Source of the DNA: Candidatus Methanosuratincola mesotaenarum
GTDB taxonomy: Archaea > Thermoproteota > Methanomethylicia > Methanomethylicales > Methanomethylicaceae
Reading direction: 5' to 3'
Assembly: GCA_038801705.1 (NCBI GenBank)
Contig: JAULTC010000002.1
Span: forward strand, 3,072 to 67,071
Length of the DNA stretch: 64,000 nt
Within the stretch, counting starts at the first letter, position 1. Each line of letters starts with the position of its first letter. The notes below the pieces were generated by a model. It was not told the origin of the DNA. It worked only from the letters and a program-made list of their open reading frames with translations, and ran no database searches. Made by a program: the position numbers and the translations under genes. This document shows positions 29,574 through 39,137 of this stretch, in pieces.

Positions 29574-31199
29574 ATGGACGTTCCTTTCATCGAGATTAGT
29601 GGTGTGTCGAAATCTTTCAACGGTAACAAAGTCCTGGAAGACATCTCGCTCACAATAGAAGAAGGGGAGCGGGTAGGCATCATTGGGAAGAGCGGATCCG
29701 GAAAGACTGTGCTGCTGTCAATGCTGAAGGGCATAAAGGAGTACAGACCTGATTCCGGTCGGATAGTCTACAATGTGGCGATATGCGAGCACTGCCAGAC
29801 TATTGAGGGTCCCAGCTGGGCAAACAAGAAATGCCCTACCTGCTGTCCGCACTGCGAGAAAGAGATGGAGATGGCAGAGGTCGACATATACGGCGAAGAC
29901 CCAAAGACCAGATGGCTGAAGCGGCGTATAGCCATAATGTTCCAGAGGACCTTCGCGCTTTATGGCAGCCTTACTGTCTATGAGAACCTTGTCGAAGCCC
30001 TCAACAAGGTATCCTCCGAGGATGCCAGTAAGAAGGCGCTCGAGATAGCCAAGGACATTGGGCTGGCAAACAGGCTCCTCCATGCGGCGAGGGATCTGAG
30101 CGGCGGCGAGAAGCAGAGAGTAGTTCTTGGTAGGCAGCTAGCAATAAAGCCGATACTGCTACTTGCAGACGAGCCAACAGGGACACTGGATCCGCTCAAT
30201 GCCGGCATGGTCCAAAAGATAATCAAGAGGGAAACCGGACCGGGCAAAAGCACACTTCTAGTGACTTCGCACCTCCCCGGAGCAATAGAAGAACTCTGCA
30301 ATAGGGCGATACTGCTCGAAGGAGGCAAGATCAGCGCGATGGGCGATCCGAAAGAGGTCACAGCCAAGTTCCTCTCAAGGCTTGCCCCAGAGGAGATCCC
30401 GAAGCCGCCACAGCTTGGGGGTGTCATCCTGAGGGTCAAGGATCTGAAGAAGTACTACTTCTCAATTGACAAGGGAGTGGTCAAGGCACTGGACGGGGTG
30501 AGCTTCGAGGTCAAGGAGAGGCAGATCTTCGGAATAATAGGGCTCAGCGGCGCCGGCAAGACGACGCTCTCGAGGGCGATAGTGGGAGTGACCCAGCCCA
30601 CGTCTGGCATAATCGAGCTCAAGATCGGGGATGAGTGGGTCAATATGCTTGAGCCTGGTCCGATGGGCAGGGGCAGGGCAACTCCATTCATAGGGCTCCT
30701 GCACCAAGAGTATGCACTTTACCCTCATAGGACAGTGCAGGAGAACCTGACCGATGCTATAGGACTTGAGCTTCCGGACGAGTTTGCCAAGTTTAAGGCA
30801 CAGAGCGTGCTTATGGCTGCAGGGTTTGACGAATCCAATATTGAGAGGACGCTCTCGAAGTACCCTGAAGAGCTTAGCGAGGGTGAGAGGCACAGGGTGG
30901 CTCTCGCGCAGGTGCTGATAAAGGAGCCGATCATAGTGCTCCTAGACGAGCCCTCGGGTACGATGGACATTATAACCCAACAGGACGTCGCAAAGTCGAT
31001 AAAGAATGCCAGGACTGAACTCGGTCAGACATTCATAATTATATCGCATGACATGGAGTTCGTTGATAACACATGCGAGGAGGCGATACTGATGAGAAAT
31101 GGCAAAGTGGTCAGCAGTGGAAAGCCTTCAGAGCTGGCTAAAGAGCTGACACAAGAGGAGAAGGACGAGTTAATGAACTCCAAAAACAGACTCCCTTGA
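29574..31199 (+). CDS. second component-A2-like double ABC-ATPase with inserted Cys4 zinc ribbon
   Basis: Two ABC cassettes: GKSGSGKT / LSGGEKQRVVLGRQ / LLADEPTG and GLSGAGKT / LSEGERHRVALAQ / VLLDEPSG. No transmembrane domain. A CEHC...CPTCCPHC insertion lies after Walker A of cassette 1. Confidence 0.7.
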   Translation: MDVPFIEISGVSKSFNGNKVLEDISLTIEEGERVGIIGKSGSGKTVLLSMLKGIKEYRPDSGRIVYNVAICEHCQTIEGPSWANKKCPTCCPHCEKEMEMAEVDIYGEDPKTRWLKRRIAIMFQRTFALYGSLTVYENLVEALNKVSSEDASKKALEIAKDIGLANRLLHAARDLSGGEKQRVVLGRQLAIKPILLLADEPTGTLDPLNAGMVQKIIKRETGPGKSTLLVTSHLPGAIEELCNRAILLEGGKISAMGDPKEVTAKFLSRLAPEEIPKPPQLGGVILRVKDLKKYYFSIDKGVVKALDGVSFEVKERQIFGIIGLSGAGKTTLSRAIVGVTQPTSGIIELKIGDEWVNMLEPGPMGRGRATPFIGLLHQEYALYPHRTVQENLTDAIGLELPDEFAKFKAQSVLMAAGFDESNIERTLSKYPEELSEGERHRVALAQVLIKEPIIVLLDEPSGTMDIITQQDVAKSIKNARTELGQTFIIISHDMEFVDNTCEEAILMRNGKVVSSGKPSELAKELTQEEKDELMNSKNRLP

Positions 31200-32099
31200 G
31201 AGATCCATGAAGATCCTGCGATCGCCGCCCAGTCCCACGCTTATCTTTTTTGTATCATTGAACTTCCCCACGACGCATGCGGAGAAGCCTGCCTCGCGTA
31301 GCCTCGGCACCAAGGATTCATCGTCAGACGCAAATATGAACCCCATTGCAGGATATGATATGAACCACTCCGAAATCGCGTTCCCATCAGGCCTGGGTAT
31401 CTTTCCGGCGTCGACCTCGGCCCCGACTGAGCTGGCTTCGCAGAGCATTGCCAAGCTCCCAAGAATGCCAGGGGCGCTTATGTCCCTTGAGGCCTTGACC
31501 AGGCCCAGCTCTACGGCGGAGATTATCGAGTCGAGCATTTTACCGAGCTCAGAGCTGCCCTTTTTCAAGGTGCTGTCGAAGCACTTCACCCACCCTTTGA
31601 CGCCGAAGGACCCATCAAGGTCGACCGCCATCACAACATCATCACCAGGACGGGCAGTGTTGCCTTTGGCTACCCTCTTGGCAATCCCTACAACGGCTGC
31701 ATCGATAGCCTCGTAAGAAGAGTCCGGATGGGTGTGCCCCTTTAGGAGCTTGAGGCCGTACTTGTCCAGCCCTGCCTTTATGCCCTGGGCCATCTTCAGC
31801 CTGCTCTCCCTGCTTCCAGACATGACGTTCACGTAGCCCATAGGCCTTGCCCCTTTAACAACTACGTCATTCACGTTTACGAGCACAGAGTAGTATCCGG
31901 CGAACCATGGATCCGACTTGACCAAGTCTTCGGTTATCCCGTCTGTGGAAACGACAATGTTGATCCCGCCCATATCAATAAATCCAGCGTCGTCGTACTC
32001 GTGCTCACCCAGAATTGCGGTGATCTCACCTATCTCGATCTTCCTCTTCAGGCCCTTGAAATTCTTCGCAATCTCGATAATGTGCGAGAGGCTCTCCAA
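31170..32099 (-). CDS. PurM/AIR-synthase-related protein (methanogenesis marker 2-like / HypE-like)
   Basis: PurM-fold motifs: VSTDGITE, DVVVKGARP, and a C-terminal ATP-grasp-like half. 309 aa. Confidence 0.55.
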   Translation of the reverse strand: MESLSHIIEIAKNFKGLKRKIEIGEITAILGEHEYDDAGFIDMGGINIVVSTDGITEDLVKSDPWFAGYYSVLVNVNDVVVKGARPMGYVNVMSGSRESRLKMAQGIKAGLDKYGLKLLKGHTHPDSSYEAIDAAVVGIAKRVAKGNTARPGDDVVMAVDLDGSFGVKGWVKCFDSTLKKGSSELGKMLDSIISAVELGLVKASRDISAPGILGSLAMLCEASSVGAEVDAGKIPRPDGNAISEWFISYPAMGFIFASDDESLVPRLREAGFSACVVGKFNDTKKISVGLGGDRRIFMDLSRESVFGVH

Positions 32100-32161
32100 T
32101 ACGATCCCTCAGGTTAATATGAAAGAGGAGAGATCATTATATAATAAAGTTTTGTGGGGGA

Positions 32162-32458
32162 GTGTTTTTGAGGTTCAAGGAAGGGGACGCCGTAGTTTAC
32201 GAGAAGACGGGGACCCAAGGCCACATCACTAAAATCATCGAGATGGATGGCAAGACTTGGGCGGAGTTAGACGCGACAGGTCTCCTCTATGACGAAAATG
32301 TCCTAGAACCGACCGAAACAAGAGCAGATGTAGAGCCACTGAAAAAGAAGGAAGGAAAAGCCTCGGCAAAAGAGGAAGAGGTAGAGATCATGGAGGAAGC
32401 ACTTAAGGAAGGAGATTTGACGGTAGACACCAGTGGCAGCTGCAGCGGAGCTGGGTGA
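32162..32458 (+). CDS. hypothetical small acidic protein
   Basis: 98-aa ORF with a GTG start. No motif recognised. Confidence 0.3.
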   Translation: MFLRFKEGDAVVYEKTGTQGHITKIIEMDGKTWAELDATGLLYDENVLEPTETRADVEPLKKKEGKASAKEEEVEIMEEALKEGDLTVDTSGSCSGAG

Positions 32459-32467
32459 TTTCTGTAA

Positions 32468-33253
32468 TTGAGAAAGGCGGTCGTTCTTGATAAATCTGGG
32501 ACCATAATAGAACCATGTAGAGTAGTCTACAATATTGAAGGGAAGATGTGGTTTTATCATATAAGCACATTGAATTACATAGTCGAGAAGGGAGGAGCCC
32601 TGGTAAATCTGAAAGGCAGGATCCGAGAAATAATCGCAGGTAATGTCAATAGAGTCGGGCTAAAAGTGAGCTGCTGTGCATTGAAGAGCCCCCCCAAAAT
32701 TGACAAGTCCAAGCTCCTTGATCCTGAGGTCTTGGACGGGATACGCGAGGCATACAAGAAGGCCCTGAGCCACTGCTCCTCTGAACTCGGGGCATGTGTG
32801 GCAGTAGTCTTTAACCAAGAAGGAAAGATTACAGACGTTGTTGGGCTCGGCGGGAAACTTTACCCGGACGTCAAGGAATCTGTGAAGGCGATGCAGGAAG
32901 AGGGCGTCGACGTCTACCTTGCCACTGGGAACTGCAAGGAGATGACTTTCAAATGTACAGATCTTCTGAATATACCGAGACACGCAGGGATTTTTGATGC
33001 CTCTCCGGAGGAGAAGAGGGAGCTTGTAAGGAGGCTCCGTGGTTTCTATGGGGCTGTAGTAATGGTAGGGAACGACATAAACGATCTGATCGCGATGCGG
33101 GAGGCGGACCTTTCAGTGCTCGTCAGGCGCAGGGGAGAATTCCAGGAAGCGCTCTGCTCAGAAGTCGATTACTTCGTCGACTCCATGGCCGAGGTTGTAA
33201 GGATAGTCTCTGAGATCAGACCGATAGATCAGACCGATCTGACCTCAAAGTAG
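32468..33253 (+). CDS. HAD-superfamily hydrolase resembling soluble P-type ATPase domain
   Basis: DKSGT at the N-terminus (P-type DKTGT-like) and GNDINDLIAM (GDGxND-like). TTG start. Confidence 0.6.
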   Translation: MRKAVVLDKSGTIIEPCRVVYNIEGKMWFYHISTLNYIVEKGGALVNLKGRIREIIAGNVNRVGLKVSCCALKSPPKIDKSKLLDPEVLDGIREAYKKALSHCSSELGACVAVVFNQEGKITDVVGLGGKLYPDVKESVKAMQEEGVDVYLATGNCKEMTFKCTDLLNIPRHAGIFDASPEEKRELVRRLRGFYGAVVMVGNDINDLIAMREADLSVLVRRRGEFQEALCSEVDYFVDSMAEVVRIVSEIRPIDQTDLTSK

Positions 33254-33828
33254 TGTTCGCGGTACTCAGGATGGAAGTGAGGCAGTTCGGACGCTATTGC
33301 CCTCTCTAGTGCCCTAATAGCAACGATCTGATCTGGCTCAATAAATGAGAGCAGCCCCCGATCTTGAGCCTCTCCGCAGAATAGGCTGCACGGTATGAAG
33401 CCTGCCGTTGCTACAAACGCTTTCATCCCAGAGGCCCTGAGCTCGCGCATGTGATCCTCGTCTATGCTGTACCTCACCCTTTCTGAGAAGGACCGTATGC
33501 AGCACTCAGGGTATTCAAGGAAATGGCCTATCTCATAGTCGTCGAAGGTCTTGGAGAAGATGCCGATCTGGGTTGATGTGTAAGGGTCAAGTGCGGGCCT
33601 CACCGGCGGCGAGAACTTGGCTACAATCCGGAGCTGGACTTCGATCCTAGGCAGGATGTCGAACAGCCGGTCTTCCTGGAAGAGGCGCGCAACATGCATC
33701 GCGAATCTTGGGGACTTGGGGAACCGCGTTCCGGCATCCTCTGGGGGGAGCGCGGAGAGCTCTCTTATCCGGCTTATCAGCTCTGAAAATGAAGCAGTGC
33801 CCTTTGATACGTTGTACATGTGGATCAC
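33229..33828 (-). CDS. conserved archaeal hypothetical protein (DUF483-like), directly downstream of mcrA
   Basis: 199 aa containing an EYPECCIRSF...CSLFCGEAQ Cys motif. Separated from the mcrA stop by a T-tract. Confidence 0.45.
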   Translation of the reverse strand: MIHMYNVSKGTASFSELISRIRELSALPPEDAGTRFPKSPRFAMHVARLFQEDRLFDILPRIEVQLRIVAKFSPPVRPALDPYTSTQIGIFSKTFDDYEIGHFLEYPECCIRSFSERVRYSIDEDHMRELRASGMKAFVATAGFIPCSLFCGEAQDRGLLSFIEPDQIVAIRALERAIASELPHFHPEYREHYFEVRSV

Positions 33829-33840
33829 AGAAAGTGCTTG

Positions 33841-33863
33841 AAAAATAAAAAAAGAAAAAAGGG
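33841..33863 (-). terminator. oligo-T tract after mcrA
   Basis: On the minus strand reads CCCTTTTTTCTTTTTTTATTTTT, starting 14 nt after the mcrA TAA. Confidence 0.45.
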
Positions 33864-33876
33864 TTGCTTGGATTCT

Positions 33877-35547
33877 TTAGCGGCTCGGTATGATGAGGGA
33901 CCTCTCGCCCGCAGGCATGAACTCTCTCAGTGCGCCCTTGCCGAAGCAGAGCCTCGGGTGCGTGAAGTCGAACTTCAGGTCCTTGTCGGCGAAGGCGATC
34001 TTTATCAGCGGGTTGGTCGTCCACGCATCGCTCCTTCCGCTGTGTGCCGCCTGTACAATGCCTGTATATGCCGACTGGTGGCCTACGTTCAGGGCGTAGT
34101 TCGGATAGTTCACACCCCTCAGGTTGAAGGGCAGACCCTCGTCGCTCCTGTATGAGAAGCTGTTCGCCGAACCGCACTGGTCCTGCTGGTCGTAGCCGTA
34201 GAATCCGAGCCTGCCCATCTCCTCCTTATGGAGAAGCTGGCTCAGGTACCATCCGTTGATGCCTGCTGTGCAGTTGCCAGTAGCAAGCGAGACCGCAACA
34301 CCTGCGCCTGCGGCCACGACAGCGGCCCTCTGCGAACCACCGAAGTGCGTCTCCATCAGTGCAGGGTAGCGCTCGTACTGCTCGAGACCGTAGAGTGTAA
34401 CCTCGGTCGCAACATCCTTTATGAGATCCCAGCTTGGCTTCGCCTTTCCGAATCCGCCGTACTTCTTCTTGACATAGTCCGCGCCGTAGTAGCAGTAGTC
34501 GTCCAGGACATTGTCGGTGTAGGTGCAGGTCGCGTACTGCGTAAAGCCCACACCTCCGGACATGTAGCTGCCGAACCAGAACTGGTCGTACAGCACTGCG
34601 CCCATCGAGATGGCCTCTAGCGCAACCCATGTTGGGTCCTCTGGCTTAACCCTCGACGCCTGGCACATGTCTGCAATGTATCCGAGCGGCACACCGCCTG
34701 GTTCATTCGGGCCTCTTGCGCGCCTCCATGGCATCAGAGTGCCCATCTCAATGACCTCGGCATGTTTCGCAGCGAATGCGAACTCGCCGATTGCGGCCTC
34801 TCCAGCCATCAGCTTGTAGGCATTGACCATCGCCATCGAGATCTGCATCGCAGACCACCTCGACATCGTTCCTCCGTCGCAGGTCATTGCGACTATGGTC
34901 GGCATGCGGAGGACCTGGTAGATTTTCTTGCCTACGGCAGCCTTCAGCTGTGCGGCCTGGTCAGCCGGGAACTCCTTGTTTATGTTAATTAGGAAGCGCT
35001 TGTCTATCTCGTCCGCCAGCTCATCGTCGCCGGTGAATACCTTAACGTATGAGTCGGCGACTAGACCAGGATGGGTCTCGACCATATGCTCTTGGACAAC
35101 GGCAGCGCCTGGCAACGCGTGGTTCAGCACCTCGAGGTAGTGGTTGACTGTCTCTGGGGTAACCTCCTTCCCGAGCCGCTTCTGTATGACCATGTGGGCG
35201 GCATCGAGACCAACGATCACGGTCCGCCTGATGTCATGCCACATCTGCTGCATTGCAGCATTGTTGATGAAGTGTAGGTCGTCGCCCTCGCAGTAGATAT
35301 CAGTCTGCGAAAGACGGTACGGCATCAGAACCCTCTGTCCGAGGGGGATGCCGCCAAGGTGCATGTCCGGGTTGTAGAACGGGATGCCCCGCTCCTTCGC
35401 CAGCTTCGTACCCCACTCGACGAACTCCTGCTTCCTCTTGGACTGCTTCCAGCCGCCATATATGTAGAACTGGGTATACTTCTCTTCTGGAGACTCCTTG
35501 AATTTCTTCCGGAGTGCTTCCAAGAACATCTTCTTTTCAGTTGCCAT
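33877..35547 (-). CDS. mcrA: methyl-coenzyme M reductase alpha subunit
   Basis: 556 aa, collinear with canonical McrA: [79 protein letters not shown]. Confidence 0.95.
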   Translation of the reverse strand: MATEKKMFLEALRKKFKESPEEKYTQFYIYGGWKQSKRKQEFVEWGTKLAKERGIPFYNPDMHLGGIPLGQRVLMPYRLSQTDIYCEGDDLHFINNAAMQQMWHDIRRTVIVGLDAAHMVIQKRLGKEVTPETVNHYLEVLNHALPGAAVVQEHMVETHPGLVADSYVKVFTGDDELADEIDKRFLININKEFPADQAAQLKAAVGKKIYQVLRMPTIVAMTCDGGTMSRWSAMQISMAMVNAYKLMAGEAAIGEFAFAAKHAEVIEMGTLMPWRRARGPNEPGGVPLGYIADMCQASRVKPEDPTWVALEAISMGAVLYDQFWFGSYMSGGVGFTQYATCTYTDNVLDDYCYYGADYVKKKYGGFGKAKPSWDLIKDVATEVTLYGLEQYERYPALMETHFGGSQRAAVVAAGAGVAVSLATGNCTAGINGWYLSQLLHKEEMGRLGFYGYDQQDQCGSANSFSYRSDEGLPFNLRGVNYPNYALNVGHQSAYTGIVQAAHSGRSDAWTTNPLIKIAFADKDLKFDFTHPRLCFGKGALREFMPAGERSLIIPSR

Positions 35548-35560
35548 CTATATCTCCTCC

Positions 35561-36337
35561 TTAGATTCCCTTCACCTTATTTGGATCGAATCCAGCCTCC
35601 GTCCTCAGCATATGCAGGCGCTGTATGAACTCGATCATCTCCTTGTCTTCCCTGAACGGGACGCCGTCGACTCTGTACTCACTTGTCATCTCCCTGAGCT
35701 CCTCCTCTTTGAGGGGCTTGCCTACGGAGATCGGCTTGTCCAGTGGTACACCAATCTGGTCCTTCACGTAGACGACTTCGCCAGTCTTCTTGTCGAAGAC
35801 GAACCTCCTGAGCGCGTCGAACATCATTCCGTTCTCGTCGAGCCTCAGTGCATGACCGTGGACAGTTGCGCCTCTGATCCCGCACCTCGCGGGGTCAAAG
35901 ATCTCGGTTTCTACGAGATCCTTCGCAACCTTCTCCAGGTCACGCTCCCTTGCCTCTAGCGGAACCCTGCCTGAGAGGACGCCAATGTCGACCCCTCTGT
36001 ATCTATTGTGCCCCATCCATGCCCTCATGTATGGGGTCAGCGGCGTGAAGTACACAGAGTCAGTGAACTGGATGTACCTGATCCTGTCGCCTGCCTTAGC
36101 GCCTGGTGTTGGCTCCACGAGTTCCCTGATCGGGCATGCTGGCTCACCCATCTCCTCAAGGGGCGGGTGTACTGACTTGTATGCCTCTCCTGGGACTCTA
36201 TGACCCATCAGTTTGACTAGGTCGTCGTCGCTGATCGTTCTCAGCTTCTTAAGCTTGTAGGACGGATCCATGTACTTCTTCCTGTTCTTAGCTATCTTAG
36301 TGCTTCCTGGATAGTATTGTGGCTTGTAAGTTGCCAT
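35561..36337 (-). CDS. mcrG: methyl-coenzyme M reductase gamma subunit
   Basis: [12 protein letters not shown]-terminus. 258 aa from the ATG at 36337, matching the McrG length and conserved blocks [22 protein letters not shown]. Confidence 0.9.
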   Translation of the reverse strand: MATYKPQYYPGSTKIAKNRKKYMDPSYKLKKLRTISDDDLVKLMGHRVPGEAYKSVHPPLEEMGEPACPIRELVEPTPGAKAGDRIRYIQFTDSVYFTPLTPYMRAWMGHNRYRGVDIGVLSGRVPLEARERDLEKVAKDLVETEIFDPARCGIRGATVHGHALRLDENGMMFDALRRFVFDKKTGEVVYVKDQIGVPLDKPISVGKPLKEEELREMTSEYRVDGVPFREDKEMIEFIQRLHMLRTEAGFDPNKVKGI

Positions 36338-36338
36338 T

Positions 36339-37673
36339 TTATATACCTCCATGGATCGATACTGCTGCCTCATTCACATACCTTAGCGGCTCTCTCAACT
36401 CAGGCACCTCGCTCAGCGTCTCGCCTACTGTGCCGCTGATCTTCTCAGGCGTGTAGATGACTGTGCCTGCATCCAGCGCGACTGCAGCAGCCACGCATGG
36501 GATAGTAAAGCCCTTGCTATGCCTCGTCACAATGTGGTTGCCGTTGAATACTGCGGGATTGCCTCCTCCATAGATCGAGTGGCTGAAGAATGCCATCTCA
36601 ACCCCGGTGCCTGCAACTCTGCCAAAGTCAACTCCTGGCAGACCAGTCTCCCTCTCAAGGAGATCGTTGAAGTATATGAATACGGATGGGCAGTGCTGCA
36701 TCGACCTAGCTGAACCGCAGGTTATCATTGTACCCGCAAGAAGGCCTGCTGCTGCATAAGCATTCCACTTGTTGAGGTCTTCGGTTGTGTACGCGGTGTA
36801 GCCAGATGCCTTCTTCTCGAGTGGCTTGATGATGCCGTCTGCGATCGCCCTCTTGACTGTGGATACGACCACATCGCCGAGGGTTCCTGTCTTTGCATTC
36901 TCTTTCACTATATCGTATACCAAGTTGTTGGCATTTAGTCCCTGGTAGGCGAGCCCTAGCAGGTGCATCCTCTCGAAGTTGCCGATCGCGTCGCCCATCT
37001 CGAACATGGCAGCCTGCTCTAGTATCGATGAAAGGGCTGCGGCATTCATTGCATTCTTCTTTGTGATAAGGGCAATATGTGCACACGGAACATTCCTCAG
37101 AGCGTATCCCATACCTTCATTCTGTTGCGGAACCGACAATAGTGACGACACGTTTCCGCCGAGTGGATCCATCGTCTGCGGGTACCTGCCCCAGACAGCT
37201 GCATGGACCATGTCAGCATCCCATATGTTGACCTTGAAGTTTTCGACAATTGTGCAGCAGAGTGCAGCGGCGGTAGCTGTGAAGCCTGTGGTGTACTCAA
37301 CACCGGCATTCAGCCTCTTGGCTGGGACTTGCACAAGTAGGTGCTTTCCTCCCTTGAGGACCTTGACGTCGGTGTCGTCGTCCTTTGTCACCTGCAGGCA
37401 ATTCTTGAGGCTGTCGGCAATGCTCTCTGCATTCTTGACAAGGTCCAGCTTGAGGGACCTGCCCCTGATTATGCACCATTTGCCACCAACTTCTCCGGTC
37501 GCCAGGGCCTTCTCGATGCCCTCAAGGTTCACTGAAACGCACTGCTTTACATAGGAGATTATCTTCTGTATTGCGGGATTGCGCAGCGGGCTCAGAGCTT
37601 CGACGGGAACCTTTGAGGCGAAAACGCGGCCACGGTCGTCGTATAGATCTATCTTATCCGGATATTTCGCCAT
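36339..37673 (-). CDS. mcrB: methyl-coenzyme M reductase beta subunit
   Basis: 444 aa: [34 protein letters not shown], canonical McrB blocks. Preceded by RBS GAGAGGAG. Confidence 0.9.
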   Translation of the reverse strand: MAKYPDKIDLYDDRGRVFASKVPVEALSPLRNPAIQKIISYVKQCVSVNLEGIEKALATGEVGGKWCIIRGRSLKLDLVKNAESIADSLKNCLQVTKDDDTDVKVLKGGKHLLVQVPAKRLNAGVEYTTGFTATAAALCCTIVENFKVNIWDADMVHAAVWGRYPQTMDPLGGNVSSLLSVPQQNEGMGYALRNVPCAHIALITKKNAMNAAALSSILEQAAMFEMGDAIGNFERMHLLGLAYQGLNANNLVYDIVKENAKTGTLGDVVVSTVKRAIADGIIKPLEKKASGYTAYTTEDLNKWNAYAAAGLLAGTMITCGSARSMQHCPSVFIYFNDLLERETGLPGVDFGRVAGTGVEMAFFSHSIYGGGNPAVFNGNHIVTRHSKGFTIPCVAAAVALDAGTVIYTPEKISGTVGETLSEVPELREPLRYVNEAAVSIHGGI

Positions 37674-37689
37674 AGAACTCCTCTCTTTC

Positions 37690-37760
37690 AGTTTTGTTGC
37701 GAGTATTTTAAAGATGTATGCAATATTAAAGCATTGCCTAAACAGAGTAATAATCTAACT
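37690..37760 (-). promoter_or_regulatory. putative mcrBGA promoter region
   Basis: AT-rich elements CTTTAAAATA and CTTTAATATT upstream of the mcrB RBS. Position of the TSS is not determinable. Confidence 0.3.
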
Positions 37761-37792
37761 TAATAGCACTATAAAAGCAGGTTATATGCAGA

Positions 37793-38368
37793 TCATCTGT
37801 GAAGCCCAGATTCTTCAGCAGACAGTATCTTGTCTATGAGTATGTTTATGGATTCAATTATGTTTGACTCCTCGATCTTGATAGTGACTATGGGCACCCT
37901 CACGAACTTTTCCACGGTGGCAGCCACAATGGACGCACAGATCAGGCCCTGCACTCTTTCGCGCTCGGCCCTTATGGCACTGATGATCGCATCCTCCAGG
38001 TTGTTTGCAGAGTATTCATTCACGATAACTTTCTTCCCCTTGACATAAAGCTGGCGCTTTGAGAACGCGTTGAGAGAGGGGCGGGCCGCGATCACCCCAA
38101 CAGTTATGTCTCCCTCGCCCTCCACGGTTTTCGACACAAGGTACCTTATTACCTCCCGAAAGGTAGACAGCCGGATGTCTCTCTCTTCAGAGAGCATCTT
38201 ATTTATTGTACTGACCGGGACGCCCGAGCCTATACTGAGATCCCTGATCGTAATACCTTTCCTTTTCATGATTGCCTTGAGCGTCTCTGCAAATTTCTCA
38301 TTCGATTCCATTGCCGCGGACATAAGAGCGTCGTAGAGATCGGATCCTTCCGTTTCCATGCTTAGCAC
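37793..38368 (-). CDS. XRE-type HTH regulator with uncharacterised C-terminal domain
   Basis: HTH ETLKAIMKRKGITIRDLSIGSGVPVSTINKML. Sits between the ABC transporter and mcrB on the same strand. Confidence 0.55.
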   Translation of the reverse strand: MLSMETEGSDLYDALMSAAMESNEKFAETLKAIMKRKGITIRDLSIGSGVPVSTINKMLSEERDIRLSTFREVIRYLVSKTVEGEGDITVGVIAARPSLNAFSKRQLYVKGKKVIVNEYSANNLEDAIISAIRAERERVQGLICASIVAATVEKFVRVPIVTIKIEESNIIESINILIDKILSAEESGLHR

Positions 38369-38369
38369 C

Positions 38370-39137
38370 CTAGAGTGCAGTTATCTCCTCTTGAAGGTAG
38401 TTGAGGATCTTCTCTCTGTACGATATAAAGGGTGGGCTGAGCCTTGCCCTAGGGTATTCGAGATTAACGTTTATCAAGGCCTTAACCCTAGCAGGGCGCT
38501 TTGTGAGGACTACGATGTCCTGCCCCAAGAATACAGCCTCGTCCACGTTGTGTGTTATGAATATTACTGTCTTATTCAGTTTTGACCAGACGCCCAGCAG
38601 CTCCTTCTGAAGGATCTGCATGGTCTGCGCATCAAGGTCTGCGAATGGCTCGTCCATGAGTATGATCTCAGGGTCTACTGCCATTGCCCTAGCGATCGCG
38701 ACGCGCTTCTTCATCCCGCCCGAGATCTGGTGGGGATAATAGTCCTCGAACCCCCTGAGGCCGACCATGGCGATGAACTCTTTAGCCCTAGAATCTACGT
38801 CCCCATTGTTGCGGGTTATTTCCAAGCCGAATTTCACGTTCTCGAGCACGCTCTTCCACGGCAGCAGCGAGTCCTCTTGGAAGATCACGCCGAAGCGATT
38901 CTTCTTTGGATCTGGGGGTTTGCCCTTGACGAGTACCCTGCCGCTCGTCGGATGGAGGAGCCCGCACATCAGCCGCAGCAGGGTCGTCTTTCCGCACCCC
39001 GACGGACCGACCACGCAAATGAACCTTCCTTCATCTATGCTGAGGGTTATGTCTTTGATGACCTCTATCTTTTCCTTCCCTGACTCGAAGAATTTCCCGA
39101 CCGAATCAAGCTCAATAGCGGCTACCAATGCCACCAC
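38370..39137 (-). CDS. ABC transporter ATP-binding protein, NitT/TauT (nitrate/sulfonate/taurine) family
   Basis: GPSGCGKTT, LSGGMKKRVAIARA, ILMDEPFADLD. 255 aa, SsuB/TauB-like size. GTG start abuts the permease stop. Confidence 0.85.
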   Translation of the reverse strand: MVALVAAIELDSVGKFFESGKEKIEVIKDITLSIDEGRFICVVGPSGCGKTTLLRLMCGLLHPTSGRVLVKGKPPDPKKNRFGVIFQEDSLLPWKSVLENVKFGLEITRNNGDVDSRAKEFIAMVGLRGFEDYYPHQISGGMKKRVAIARAMAVDPEIILMDEPFADLDAQTMQILQKELLGVWSKLNKTVIFITHNVDEAVFLGQDIVVLTKRPARVKALINVNLEYPRARLSPPFISYREKILNYLQEEITAL

